A stretch of 64,000 nucleotides of DNA from Naegleria gruberi (lineage: Eukaryota), in assembly GCA_000004985.1 (NCBI GenBank), contig GG738851.1. One strand, written 5' to 3'. The notes under the pieces are model-generated. The model saw only the letters and a list, made by a program, of their open reading frames with translations. It did no database searches and was not told the origin of the DNA. Made by a program: the position numbers and the translations under genes. The first letter of the stretch is position 1. Every line of letters begins with the position of its first letter. This document shows positions 12,591 to 24,099 of this stretch, piece after piece.

Positions 12591-13920
12591 TTAAAGACGA
12601 TTGAAGACAGCTTCAAATGCTGCAAAGCCACTAGCATGTGGCAAAGCTTCAACAGCAACGTAAACAAAGGTTGGTTGTTCATATCTGAATTCAACTCTCT
12701 TTCCACCTCTGAATTCATAATTGTTTCTGTCTGGTCTAGTAGTCTTGGTAGAAGCATACATCAAAATGTCACCATATTCAGTCTTGGCATCAACATTGAG
12801 GACTTTACCAGCAACTGACTTGTCAACATAGAGAGCAAAGTAAATGAAGCTTCCTTGTGGAACAAAACCGAATTGGGATTCCTTTTGGAGCAAAATAACT
12901 GGCTTGTCAAATCCAGATCTTTGAGCAGCAAAGTTTGGATGAACAACAACAGAGTAATGGGAGTCTTCTCTCTTGGCGAATGGACCGCTTGGCTTGAATT
13001 CAATACCTGTTGTTTGTTGGAAGTGAATAAAATAATTTTTAAATTATTTGATGATGATCAATAACATGAATTGCCGAAGAGTGATGTGAAGTGTGTTGAT
13101 GATTCGTTTGTGTGTGAAATTTGTTGTATTGTCATGTGAAATAAAGATGTGAAATTATTATTAAATAAATAAATGATCAAAACAACTTACCAATCCAGTA
13201 TTTACCACCGTTAACAAACTTTGGATCTTGCTTGTTAATAACGAGGGCAGAGTCACCATTAGAAGTAGAAATACCAGACCATTGAGCCTTTCCTTCAATT
13301 GGTCTAGAGTTGGTGTTAGAAACAAAGACATTGTAAGTAGATTCATCACCAGTCTTTCTAGTGTGATGATTGGTAACCAAAACCATCAATGAGTCCAAAC
13401 GAGAATCAGCTTCACCGAGATCATATTCAAGGAAGTGATACAAGGCTGGGACTTGAGAGTTTGGTTGGAAAGCACCGAATTGTGGAATAGAATCTTCCAA
13501 TTGGATCAAATTCAAAGAGTGCTTGACATGGGAGACAAAGAAAGCAGAACATGGACTAGTAACAGCAGTAGACAAGGCATAGTAGAGTTGATCAACATTA
13601 TTCAATTGTCTTTGTTCAATATCCAAGAAAGCAGAGCTACTAATGTTAACATTGAGAGCCCATTGGTTGTTAGAAGCGCTTGGTTGAGGCTTGGTAGAAG
13701 CATACAAAGTAACAATAGCATCACAACCATAGGTGGTAACAAAAGTGGTAACACCCTTGTGATTATTTCTCAAGTTAATATCAAGATATTCTGGAGTATT
13801 AGCAACCAAGTGAACAGTTGTGTAGACACCATTCTTCAATGATGTTGATTGTTGGGCAGAGACGACGCAAGCAGCCAAGAGCATCATCAAGACTGCGGCA
13901 AAGGCGAACAATTTAGCCAT
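12591..13920 (-). CDS. Secreted protein of unknown function, about 381 aa with an N-terminal signal peptide; exons 13920-13191 and 13006-12591
   Basis: The start reads MAKLFAFAAVLMMLLAACVVSAQQ, which is signal-peptide-like. The donor g|gtaagt lies at minus-strand 13190. The acceptor cag| ends at 13007 after an AT-rich intron. The total is 1146 nt, which is 382 codons, and frames agree. Confidence 0.45.
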
Positions 13921-14479
13921 TTTTTTTTTAAATTCAAAAAAAAATAAAAACCTTTTGCGGTGAAAAAACATTCAGAACTTATTGAGCGGAGTTCTGAATT
14001 TTCAACAACATAGAGATGAGTCATCATATCTTCAACGATTTGATTTTAATTATGAAAATTGCAATGGAAAGTAATTGGTGAATATTTGATAATTGTGTGA
14101 TGAGGAGAGTGGTTAGGAAGGAGTATGTGGAGATGGTGAAAAAATGTGAAATAATGAGTGATTATATTGGGCATTCATTGAATTTAGACATTTTAGTATG
14201 TTGTTCATAATTTTTGGGCTACTTTTTTGGATATTAATTGTAATGAGAGAGATGATAAGAAGAAGGTTCTTTGAAAATCTAGTGTATATGAAATTGTAAC
14301 TCTGTAGTCTTTAATTCACAGTTGGCAGCTCTATAACAAGTCAACCCAACATTAATAAACAACTTAATGATAGATGGGAGTAAATAAGGAGTTTGAGGAG
14401 TCAACCTATCCAATCCAGCCTCTTTCAATGTTTTACAATTTTGCCCAAAGTTTAATTTCAATATTCCAAATATAAAAAA

Positions 14480-15910
14480 ATGAGTCAACAACTAACAAGC
14501 AACAACTCATCATCAACAGAATCAAATATTTTGGATGGAAGAAGAGAAAGATTGATTGTTTCTAACCGATTGATTGAAACCGACATGCCAATGATCAACA
14601 AAATTGGACAAATTATTTATGAAGAAAATTCAGTGGTTGTGAATAATACTGCCTCTTCCGATCAGCAGCAAATGGTTACAAGTTTGTGCCAAGGAATGGT
14701 CTATTATAAGCCTCCTCAACAAGTGATGGAATCTCTGATTAGTAATCAATTGGAGAAGAGTTATAATCCGAGTGATCCCTTCTCTTTCATTCATAATTAT
14801 TGTGAGCATGATTTTGGAAGGAAACTAGTCAGAGATAAATTGAAAGAAAAGTTGAAAAAGATGAATGGAATTGATGGAGTGGAAGTGGTTTTAACGAGTG
14901 GATGTAATCAGGCCTTCACAAGTGTTGTCCTATCGTTGTGTGATGTTGGAGATGAGTGTATGGTATTTGGACCATACTATTTCAATCATTATATGGCCTT
15001 GCAAATGTTTGGAGTAAGACCAATTGTTTTTGATTGTAGAGAGGAGGATGGTTATCAACCTGGAAGTGGAGATGATATGGAACGTTTCACAGAGTTCTTT
15101 AAAAAAACAGTTCAGAATCCATCCAACAAATTGAGAATGGTTGTTGTCAATACTCCATGCAATCCAACTGGCGCTGTCTATACTAAAAACCAATTGGAAG
15201 TGATTAGTCAATTATGTAAAGAATATGGCATTTGGTTGATAATGGATGAAACTTATGAATGGTTTATTTATAATGATATGCAATCATCGAATGCAATTCA
15301 TTTTAGTCCACAAGGAGATCATATCATTCACTTGTACAGTTTTTCAAAATGTTTTGCCATGCCAGGTTGGAGAATTGGCTATTTGACATATCCAGCCACC
15401 AATACCACTCTTGGACTCCATCTCAATAAGATCCAAGACACAATTGTAATTTCCTCCCCACTCCCATCCCAACAACTTGCTCTCAGTGTTACTGAGATGG
15501 ATGAAGAGTTTGGAAAGATTTGGGCCATGGATAGAATTAACACTCTCAAGGAAAATAGAAGAGTCATTTGGAATGCTATTCATGATTTGTGCAATCTGGA
15601 GAAAATTCCAGAAGGTGCTATTTACTTTTGGGCAACTCTACCAAATTTTGCAAATCATTCGGATAATCAGTTGAGTATTGAAAAGGAATTCCAAGTGATT
15701 GAGTGGATGGTAAGAAAGCACAAGGTTGCCGTATTGCCAGGATCATGTTTTGGAAGAGTTGGAGGATTCAGAATTAGTTATGCCAATGTTTCTGAGAATG
15801 CCTGTAAATTAGCCGCCAATAGATTAAGAACAGCCCTTCAAGAACTGAAAGATGGTCAATTTGAGAAGGATGATCTTTCATTATATGTGAAAACATTCAA
15901 GACTCTATAA
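14480..15910 (+). CDS. PLP-dependent aminotransferase, class I/II
   Basis: A single 476-aa ORF. It contains SFSKCFAMPGWRIGYL, which matches the lysine-containing SxSK...G.R.GY signature of class I aminotransferases. GCNQAF, TPCNPTGAVY and LIMDETYEW are also present. Confidence 0.7.
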   Translation: MSQQLTSNNSSSTESNILDGRRERLIVSNRLIETDMPMINKIGQIIYEENSVVVNNTASSDQQQMVTSLCQGMVYYKPPQQVMESLISNQLEKSYNPSDPFSFIHNYCEHDFGRKLVRDKLKEKLKKMNGIDGVEVVLTSGCNQAFTSVVLSLCDVGDECMVFGPYYFNHYMALQMFGVRPIVFDCREEDGYQPGSGDDMERFTEFFKKTVQNPSNKLRMVVVNTPCNPTGAVYTKNQLEVISQLCKEYGIWLIMDETYEWFIYNDMQSSNAIHFSPQGDHIIHLYSFSKCFAMPGWRIGYLTYPATNTTLGLHLNKIQDTIVISSPLPSQQLALSVTEMDEEFGKIWAMDRINTLKENRRVIWNAIHDLCNLEKIPEGAIYFWATLPNFANHSDNQLSIEKEFQVIEWMVRKHKVAVLPGSCFGRVGGFRISYANVSENACKLAANRLRTALQELKDGQFEKDDLSLYVKTFKTL

Positions 15911-16035
15911 TTTAGCTACATTAAATTTTCATCAATCACTTCTTGTGGCCACTTTCTTTGTCATTGAGAACTTGTTCACCTTCTTATTGAAAAAGTAGAA
16001 GCATCCCTTTATTATCGAATACTGTAAATGATATC

Positions 16036-16796
16036 ATGTGGGGCTTTCAAAAAACAATGTCTCAACAACAGTGCCTTACTACAAGTCAAGATAACAATAA
16101 TAGTTCATCATCATCGGCAACAATAACATCGAATCAAATTTCATCCAATATAGTGATCACAACACCAGATCAAATCATCATTGATACTTCTAAGGTTACT
16201 TCCTCACAATTACTACCGTCATCATCCAAATCTACACAGCAACAACAGCAGAAATCTAAAACCAACAAGTATAAATCAATTAAAAGAGGATCCAACTTTA
16301 ATTCATTTGGAATTTGCTTCAGTAGCAAAGAATTTACAAATAGGATCCATCTATACCCTATTCATGTGTGGATTCATAGCTGTGATAATGAAGCCAGCGA
16401 AGGAACCTATTTGGACTACAGTGATTCCTGGTGCTTATTGTCTCTTCCTTTCCTTTCTCTGCTATGTTTGGTGTTTTGTTAGTGAATTCAATAAGGAAAC
16501 GAAGGAAACTGTGGACAATGTATTGAATCCGAAATATTGGACCGAGAGAGTCTGTTTTTTCCTATCAAGAATGAATAGGAATGAATTTCAGTGTGCCTTT
16601 TGTTTTGTGTAAGTATCAATGTCTGGATTTTCAAAAAGGAATGCATTATTTACATTTACTTAATTCTCTAACAACATTGGCTTTCTTTTGTGTGCAGACG
16701 GCTTTGGCTGGATTTAACTTACTCTTTGCATGTGTATTTTTTCTTGTAGCAGCCATCAGAAGAGAGAAAGCGACTCGAATAACTGGCCTTGTTTGA
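16036..16796 (+). CDS. Small multi-pass membrane protein, multi-exon; the exon structure is not resolved
   Basis: Three overlapping ORF segments lie in different frames. The last exon appears to be joined by gtaagt...tgtgtgcag| at about 16690. Hydrophobic segments include LFMCGFIAVIM and LLFACVFFLVAAI. The N-terminus is Ser/Gln-rich. Confidence 0.25.
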
Positions 16797-17027
16797 GCAT
16801 TTTCTTGTTATTATAGCGTCTACTTAATATATTGTAATACTTGGCTCTCTCCGACAATTCTCCGCATGGCTGTTGAGAACTTCTTAAAAAATTCAATTTT
16901 GAGTTTGGTGTTGGTTGTTGAGGTGTTCTGGCGCCAAAACAAACATAAGAAAAATGCTCATATTGTATTATTACCTTCCGCACGGTCATAGAATCGTAAC
17001 AGAACGAGCAAACATCATTATCAAAAT

Positions 17028-19571
17028 ATGGCTTCATCAAATCATGGTATCCAAGAAGGAGTTGGAATGTTATGCAGAAGAGAATTGGTGGATAATTATC
17101 AAATCCTACTAGAACAGGCTCAAGCAAACATTAATGCAGGTAGTTGCTCTCTGGATGGTTTTTGTAGTCATCACAGTATGGAGAGTAATCATCACGAAAC
17201 AGAGGAATACACTCTCGGAATGGTTCATAATAAGGAGTCGGAAAGAGTATTCTTAAATGACTATTTTATGAATACCATTAAAAGAGGAGTAAAGAGGTAT
17301 GATTTTGAGAAGGATCCTATTCAGATTCAGTACAATGTTTTGCATACACCTTCTCATGTTAAGGTATTGAAGAATATAGTATCAAAACCTCATCCTGTAG
17401 TGTCATGCTATTGTACGGCATATAGCGAACATTATCCACTGATAATAATTCCAGATCATATTTGGATGATGATTTCTCAATCCTTGGTTAGACATTTGCA
17501 TCTTCATCCTGAAATTTTGCAGCAAGTTGATATTAAAAAGAAGGAAATGAGAGTGGAAATGCCTACACATTACAACGAAGAAACACAATCAACAAATTGG
17601 AGTGCAGTAATTGAAGATATTCATCAACAAATTGTTCAAACATGTACAACAAGCGAAAAGTTGGATTTGGATGGATTTTTGGATCATAACTTTTCCACAT
17701 CAACTTCAGTGGAAAAGGTTGCATCAAAGATTTTACTCATGGAGGCCTTTAAGGATTACTTTACATATACCAATGATTTTATGTGTGGAATTCCTTGTGT
17801 GACAATATTGGGAACTCTGCAAGACTGGACATTGATGAGACAGAAAGTCAATAGATTGGATGATTTTGGTATGGGATGGTGGAGAAAGGTATTGGCTCTC
17901 ATAATTGATAGAATAATTGAAACAGCCCAAAAGGATACACTGACAGACGAATTGAAATTGTTCTGGAATGGAGTGGCAAGGTTTGACAGTAGTAGTGGAG
18001 AGAATTTTATTACTGGTTGGATCAACTATTTTTTCCCATACGATAAGGATGGAAATATTTCAAACCAAATGCAATCATTTATGGAGATGGAAGAGAGATT
18101 CCCTAATGTTGATAAATATGTGGACGATTTTGAGGATCATGGTTTTGAGGATTGTGAATTTGAAGAAGAAGAAGGCGAGAATTCTCCTCAATCTTCAATA
18201 GAACTAGCCGCTTTAAAGATGCAGAAAACATTCAGATGGAAACCATCTTTTAATGAGGATTGCTTTCCTTGCCCTCTAGCAATTGCAAAGGTCAATGTTG
18301 AAAATCATCCATCCTTAAAAGAGTTGTACTATGTTTCCGGATTTATGGGAATTGATTTTGATCATGAAATTGGAGGTTTAAAACCTGTTATATCTTGGGC
18401 TATAGCAGAGAAGAGAAGTGAGGCTGTTAGAGAAAATCTAATGAAGGGCCAATTCAAACATGCAATGTGGGCAATAGACTGTGGTTATACTAGTTGGAGA
18501 GCTTCCATATCTCTCTCATCTACACAAACTAAGCCAATAGGCTCAATCAATATTGGATTTACCAGTGATGGAGAGCAGGAGAATGTTTTTGAAAGTAAGG
18601 AAAGAATGATTGAGATATTCACCGCTTTGAAAGAATCACTTGTGAGGCAATTCATTGAGGAGGAAGTTAATTTGGGATCAAACGATAATTTGAAATTCTT
18701 GGAAGGAGAGCATGTTCTCTTGATGTCTCCTGCTGAAGTCAACCAAGAGCTGCTTCTTCAATGCGCCAAATCTGCTGGTTTGAAACCAATATGTTGGGTG
18801 GAAGATCCATGTCATAATATTCCTCAAGCATTTTCCCATTTGGTGAAAACTAACGAATGTGTACTGACTATTGATTGGCCAACTGGAGAACCATTCTTTG
18901 CCATGTCCAAGAAGGAGCATTGGAATGAGTTCGATCTTTTTGCATCAAGTGTTGAAGGCAAGAAGGAAACTCAGGGACTTGGTGGCGGTTTCAGTTTTAC
19001 TGACATGCTGTACACCTATTTTTATGATCAACACCCTGAAATTGCAGAGGAAAATTCTCACTTTTTAATGATGGAATGTGAGAGAGCCAAAAAGGTTCTC
19101 TCAACTGAAGACAAGGTTGACATCTTGATTAATGGAAAGTCTATTGAGGTGATAACAAGACAAACTTTCGAACAGGTGTGCTCACCTATTTTCAATTCAT
19201 TCCAACAACAATTGAATGCTTTCCTTTCTAGGCCTTTCAATAATACCAATGAGACTTTGAAAGATCGTGTCAATTATTTGGTGCTGTCTGGTGGATGTTG
19301 TAGAATTCCTCTCGTTCAACAAATCATTCATACATGCCTTCCAAAATCTGTACAGACACTCAGTAATCCAGAGGATACTTGCTATCTTTCCTCAGCAGGA
19401 GGTGCTCAAACATTCAGAAGCAGTCATTACAATAATATTCAATTTGAGGAATTCTTTAGAGATCCTCATTCTGAAATCTTCTCTGACAATGAATCGTCAC
19501 TCTATCCACACAAAGATCCACAAGAAAGTGATATTGCAATTGCTGAAGGTGACGATCACGACAATGAATAA
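17028..19571 (+). CDS. Large 847-aa protein; the C-terminal segment resembles the Hsp70/actin-fold ATPase subdomain IIA/IIB, and the N-terminal two thirds are unknown
   Basis: A single ORF. ERAKKVLSTEDKVDILINGKSIEVITRQTFEQVCSPIF and VLSGGCCRIPLVQQIIHTCLPKSVQTLSNPEDTCYLSSAGGAQ parallel the Hsp70 motifs ERAKRTLS...ITRARFEEL...LVGGSTRIPKVQ...SINPDEAVA.GAA. Confidence 0.5.
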   Translation: MASSNHGIQEGVGMLCRRELVDNYQILLEQAQANINAGSCSLDGFCSHHSMESNHHETEEYTLGMVHNKESERVFLNDYFMNTIKRGVKRYDFEKDPIQIQYNVLHTPSHVKVLKNIVSKPHPVVSCYCTAYSEHYPLIIIPDHIWMMISQSLVRHLHLHPEILQQVDIKKKEMRVEMPTHYNEETQSTNWSAVIEDIHQQIVQTCTTSEKLDLDGFLDHNFSTSTSVEKVASKILLMEAFKDYFTYTNDFMCGIPCVTILGTLQDWTLMRQKVNRLDDFGMGWWRKVLALIIDRIIETAQKDTLTDELKLFWNGVARFDSSSGENFITGWINYFFPYDKDGNISNQMQSFMEMEERFPNVDKYVDDFEDHGFEDCEFEEEEGENSPQSSIELAALKMQKTFRWKPSFNEDCFPCPLAIAKVNVENHPSLKELYYVSGFMGIDFDHEIGGLKPVISWAIAEKRSEAVRENLMKGQFKHAMWAIDCGYTSWRASISLSSTQTKPIGSINIGFTSDGEQENVFESKERMIEIFTALKESLVRQFIEEEVNLGSNDNLKFLEGEHVLLMSPAEVNQELLLQCAKSAGLKPICWVEDPCHNIPQAFSHLVKTNECVLTIDWPTGEPFFAMSKKEHWNEFDLFASSVEGKKETQGLGGGFSFTDMLYTYFYDQHPEIAEENSHFLMMECERAKKVLSTEDKVDILINGKSIEVITRQTFEQVCSPIFNSFQQQLNAFLSRPFNNTNETLKDRVNYLVLSGGCCRIPLVQQIIHTCLPKSVQTLSNPEDTCYLSSAGGAQTFRSSHYNNIQFEEFFRDPHSEIFSDNESSLYPHKDPQESDIAIAEGDDHDNE

Positions 19572-19656
19572 TAAAATAATCAAACCAATATTTACTAAAA
19601 AGAATTCTTTTTGTCAAATTAGAAGCTAAAATTAGAAACCTTCACGTTTTAATAAA

Positions 19657-21768
19657 ATGCAACAACAACCAACGACACAGCAACAACAACAACAGAAACC
19701 CAGTGGTGGTACAACCACAACGCCTACATCGGCGGGTACAACAACAACAAATCTGGCACAGGCAACATCAACTGGATCATCCTCTTCATCATCATCAAGA
19801 AGAGTGATGGTCAAGTCGTTGGGTAGATTTATTCAATTAAAAGAAAAACATATTGGTTCGGGAGCCTATGCTGATGTTTACGAGGGTTATAATCAAGATA
19901 CAAAGGAAAAGGTTGCTATCAAAGTTATACAGAGAAACAAACTTCATGATCGTTTAATTCAAAATTTAGAATCTGAAATTACGGTTATGAAACGTATCAA
20001 GTCTGACTATGTGATCAAACTCTACGAAGTACATAGAAGTAAGAGAAATTATTATTTGATTTTAGAATTGTGTAGTGGAGGTGAATTGGCCAAGTTTTTA
20101 AAGAAGGGTAAACTTCCAAAGGAAGTTATGAATCCTTTTGGTGGTATCAAGGAATCTATTGTAAAGAAGTTTATTCTACACTTGTCAAAGGGTTTGAAAC
20201 ATATGCATGAGCAAAATTTGATTCACAGAGATTTGAAACCAGCCAATTTATTATTTAGTAGACCTTTCCAAATTATTAATAAGGACAAGCAAGATTTGAC
20301 CTATAAGGATGTAGATTTTGGCTTTTTGAAAATTGCTGATTTTGGTTTTGCTCGTGAAATTGGTCCAAATGATTTGGCACAAACTCTCTGTGGTACTCCT
20401 CTTTATATGGCGTAAGTTTGATGATGAAATATTGCTTCTTTACAACAATTTTTTACAATTTATTTCGAAAAAATCAAATTTATTACGGCCGTTTGAAATA
20501 ACAGTCCAGAAATCTTATCAGGTCAAAAGTATAATATCAAGGCTGATTTGTGGTCTCTGGGTGCTATTATTTATGAAATGCTGTTTGCTAGACCACCTTA
20601 CATGGCCTCCAATCAATTTGACTTGTTGAATCAAATCAAGAAGGGTCCACCAAGTTATCCAGCTACCAATTCATCCTTCTCTCAAGGAGTTATTGATTTA
20701 TTGAAGGGACTCTTGCAATGTGAACCTGAATATCGTATGAACTTTGTACAATTCTACAATCATTACTATCTCATAGCTCTTAGAGAGGAATTTGGAGACT
20801 GTGAAGAATTGAACACCAACATCTTGCCACCAACAGTTGTTGAGCCAACACCACAAGAACCTGTAATTAATCCAAATGTAGTGGAACCACCAGTGGTTGA
20901 TATTGTACCAGTAGTAGTTCAAGAACAAACACCGCCACCGATTGTACAACCAATTGTACCAGTTGTAGAGGCTGTTAAAGAATTCCCAATTACAGCGCAA
21001 GTCAAACCTGAGGACATTCTTGAAGAAGTACCATTGGAAAAGATTGTTGCTGACAAGCTCTTCATTTCCAATCCAAGTGAAGATGGTACCTCAAAGCCAT
21101 CACAACCATTGGGCGGAGGAAATGTTGTCATTATCATGGATCAACGTATTCCTTCTGATGAGGCTTTTAAAAAGACCAAGGAATATAGTTTGGATTCAGT
21201 TATTGGAACAAACCCAACTGTAATCTTTGACTTTTCAAATCTTTCCTGTGGTGAGGAATGTCGTGCATTATTGGGCCAAATTGAAAAGAAGGCCAAGCTC
21301 GCTTGGTTCATTTCAGAAACAGGGTTGGTCATGGAAAAGAACTTGAAGTATAGTGAAGCCTATGCATTGTATGTTAGAGCTTGCATTCTCATTAGAGATT
21401 GTTTGACAATATTGAAGGAAAATGTTGAAAATAATGACAGATCTCAAACATTTACCATCTTACTTCGTGATTGGTTAACTGATTTCTTCACACATGGTGA
21501 AGCAGTTCAAAATAAGATTATTACAAAGGAAGTTGATGTAAATAATATAATTTATCAAATGGCTATCGAGCTTGCCAAGGAAGCAGCCCACAAGGAATAT
21601 CTTGGTTCCATGGAATGTATTGGGCTTTATGTGAGAGCTAAACATTTCCTCACCTATTTGATGGAAGAAAGCTTCTCTGATAAGAAGAAATTCAATGATT
21701 TTGTTGAGAATTTTAATTCTAGAATTAGTTACTTGGAGGAACAATACACTAAAGCAAACAACTTGTAA
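19657..21768 (+). CDS. Ser/Thr protein kinase with a P/V-rich linker and C-terminal MIT-like helical domains (ULK-family-like); exons 19657-20411 and 20505-21768
   Basis: It has a poly-Q/T N-terminus. Kinase motifs are GSGAYADVYEG, AIKVI, HRDLKPANLL, DFGFAR and GTPLYMA|PEIL. The APE motif is split by an intron, with donor gc|gtaagt at 20412 and an acceptor ending 20504. C-terminal helices such as LAWFISETGLVMEKNLKYSEAYALYVRACIL look MIT-like. Confidence 0.6.
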
Positions 21769-21895
21769 ATTACAAAAATAAATCCAAACATTTAAAACAA
21801 ATTGATTTTTTTAGAGATTATTCCAGAATCGCCATTTGCTGGTATGAAAGTTGAGCGTTATGGTAATTGGTAGGCCAAAATGGGTTTTCCAAAAT

Positions 21896-23858
21896 CTAAT
21901 GCTTCACGTTTGAGTGACTAAGAATATTCTCAATATTATGAACCCTCTTGTCAAGTCCAGATAATTCATGGGTAATCTTGTCAAGCTTGAAATCAATAGA
22001 GCTCTTCATTTCTTTTAATTCTCTAAGAATGGTATTCAACACGATTTGTTGTTGCATGTTTGAAGTGGGGAATAAATCGCTTGGTGAATGTCCAATATTT
22101 GGAGTGATTGGAGTTTGGAGATTTGGATCTTCAGGTGGCATTTCCAATTCTCTAAGGAATTTACTGAACACCATATTCTTGTAGTGTTGGTTGGCTTGTA
22201 AGGCGCTGAAAAAGAACCCGTTTGGAATTTCCTTCTCACCTGAAAGGACTCTCAGCATTAAAATACTATCTACAGAAGGATTTCCATGTCCAATGTCCAA
22301 TCCAATAATTCGTTGTTCTTTGGGTAAGTCAATGATTTGATATTTGCTTGTTTGAGTCTTGTAATTGTATTGTACATATTCAATGTGAGGATTCGATCTA
22401 TTGGCAGCCACAATATGAATAGTAGGACTCTGAAGCCTGTCATGTACACAGTAACACAAGTCTGCTGCATGAGTTTTCAATATGATATTTTCAGAATGAA
22501 TTGTTACAGAATTTTCCTCAATCTTGAGGTATGCAATTCTTGGACTCGAGATTGTTCCATTATTATTAGTGGTGGGACTAACTTGGAAGAGATTATGTTC
22601 TTGTTCTAATTTTTGTTGGAGTTCTGAAAATACCAAAGGATTGGAAGATGTTGTTTTTGGTTTGATGAGAATTATATCATCCTCTTTTTGTTCTGTTTTC
22701 AAATCCTCTTCCATCTCCCTTGATTGCTTTGGAATCATGTTCGAAATTAAAGAGCTAGCATCCTGCACAATTATCCATCCTTCAGCTTCTATGGTATTCT
22801 CAATGGAAAATAGAGACGTCACAGAACCTCCACAAAGTAATAAATTTGAAATTGGTGTGATTTTCCCTTTGGAAAAGGCAATTTTATACACCAAAACCCC
22901 ATCTTCCCACGCTCTTAATATTATCCAATAATTTTAAAATGTTTTCAAATTAAAATACATACACACATAATAGCTCTCTAATTAAACTCGTTTGCATTAC
23001 TTTTCTTCCATCTCTTGAACATTCAAGTACTACCTTATGAGTATCCTTGTGAATTCTCTCCCATTTGATAATCTTGAATCCAGAATTGGTACTAATAATA
23101 AAATAGTAGAAATTGATATTACTCTCAGTATTTCCCTCTCGAACTTTAACATCATTGATAGCGTACTTGTGTGCATTCTTTCCATCTGTATTATCTGCTG
23201 GCTTCAAATCAATGGAATAGACCACTCTACCTGCTTCAATGATCAGCAATACACTCCTACAAGTAGCATAGTAAAAATTAGTATTCGTACTCTTGTAAAA
23301 TCTATGAATGCAATGCAATCCATTCAAATATTCAGGACGAATTCCAGAAACATGCACTTGCTCCTTAGTATTTACATTAGAAAAATAGAGAGTCACATTT
23401 TCCTCTCCCATCGGAATGGTTGTTCCCTCCTCCCTAACAAATAAACTATTTTCCAAATAATTAATTTTACTTCTACTGAATTTAAATTGTTTTTCCAATC
23501 CATTATCCACAAAATGATTTGTTATTTTGAATATATTATTTCCCTCTATCATTGCCATCATTGATGGTGCTGTTGTATTATTATTATTATTTTGCAACAA
23601 TTTGTTTTGATCATCACGATTATTATTATTATTATTTTGCAATAAATTACTATTTGATCTTCTATTGGATGTAATTAATGAAAAGGTTCCCATTGAAATT
23701 CCTTCCGAATTATTGTGCTGCTGATGGTGATGATCAGCTTCCTCTCTACCAAAACTATTCAAACGAATTTGCTTATTTGTGGTGGTTCCGATTAATTGTT
23801 GTTGTCGTTTATCATTATTATTGTTGGGTGATACATTCGTGGTTGTATTTATTTGCAT
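21896..23858 (-). CDS. Asn/Gln-rich protein of unknown function with a C-terminal coiled coil; exons 23858-22963 and 22913-21896
   Basis: The upstream ORF ends ...RELLCV at a GTATGT donor in phase 2. The downstream ORF continues ...AWEDGVLVYKIAF after the acceptor ttaag|. The downstream ORF-track entry begins on a ttg codon and so is not a true start. The total is 1914 nt, which is 638 codons. Confidence 0.4.
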
Positions 23859-24099
23859 TTTTTAAGAATTTAAAATTTAAAATTAATATTATGTTTACAA
23901 TATACTATTAAGAAGCATGTGTTTATAAATTCATCCAAGGCTTTAAAATTTGGCGCCAAAATGTTGAAACTCTAAAAACACCCTTAAAAAAAATGTCTTC
24001 ATCCCTAATTGACCAATTAAAGAGTACGTAATTTTGCTTGATTATTTTCATAACAAGGCTGCTTTGTTTTAACGATTCCTATTAGAAACTTGTTTCGAG

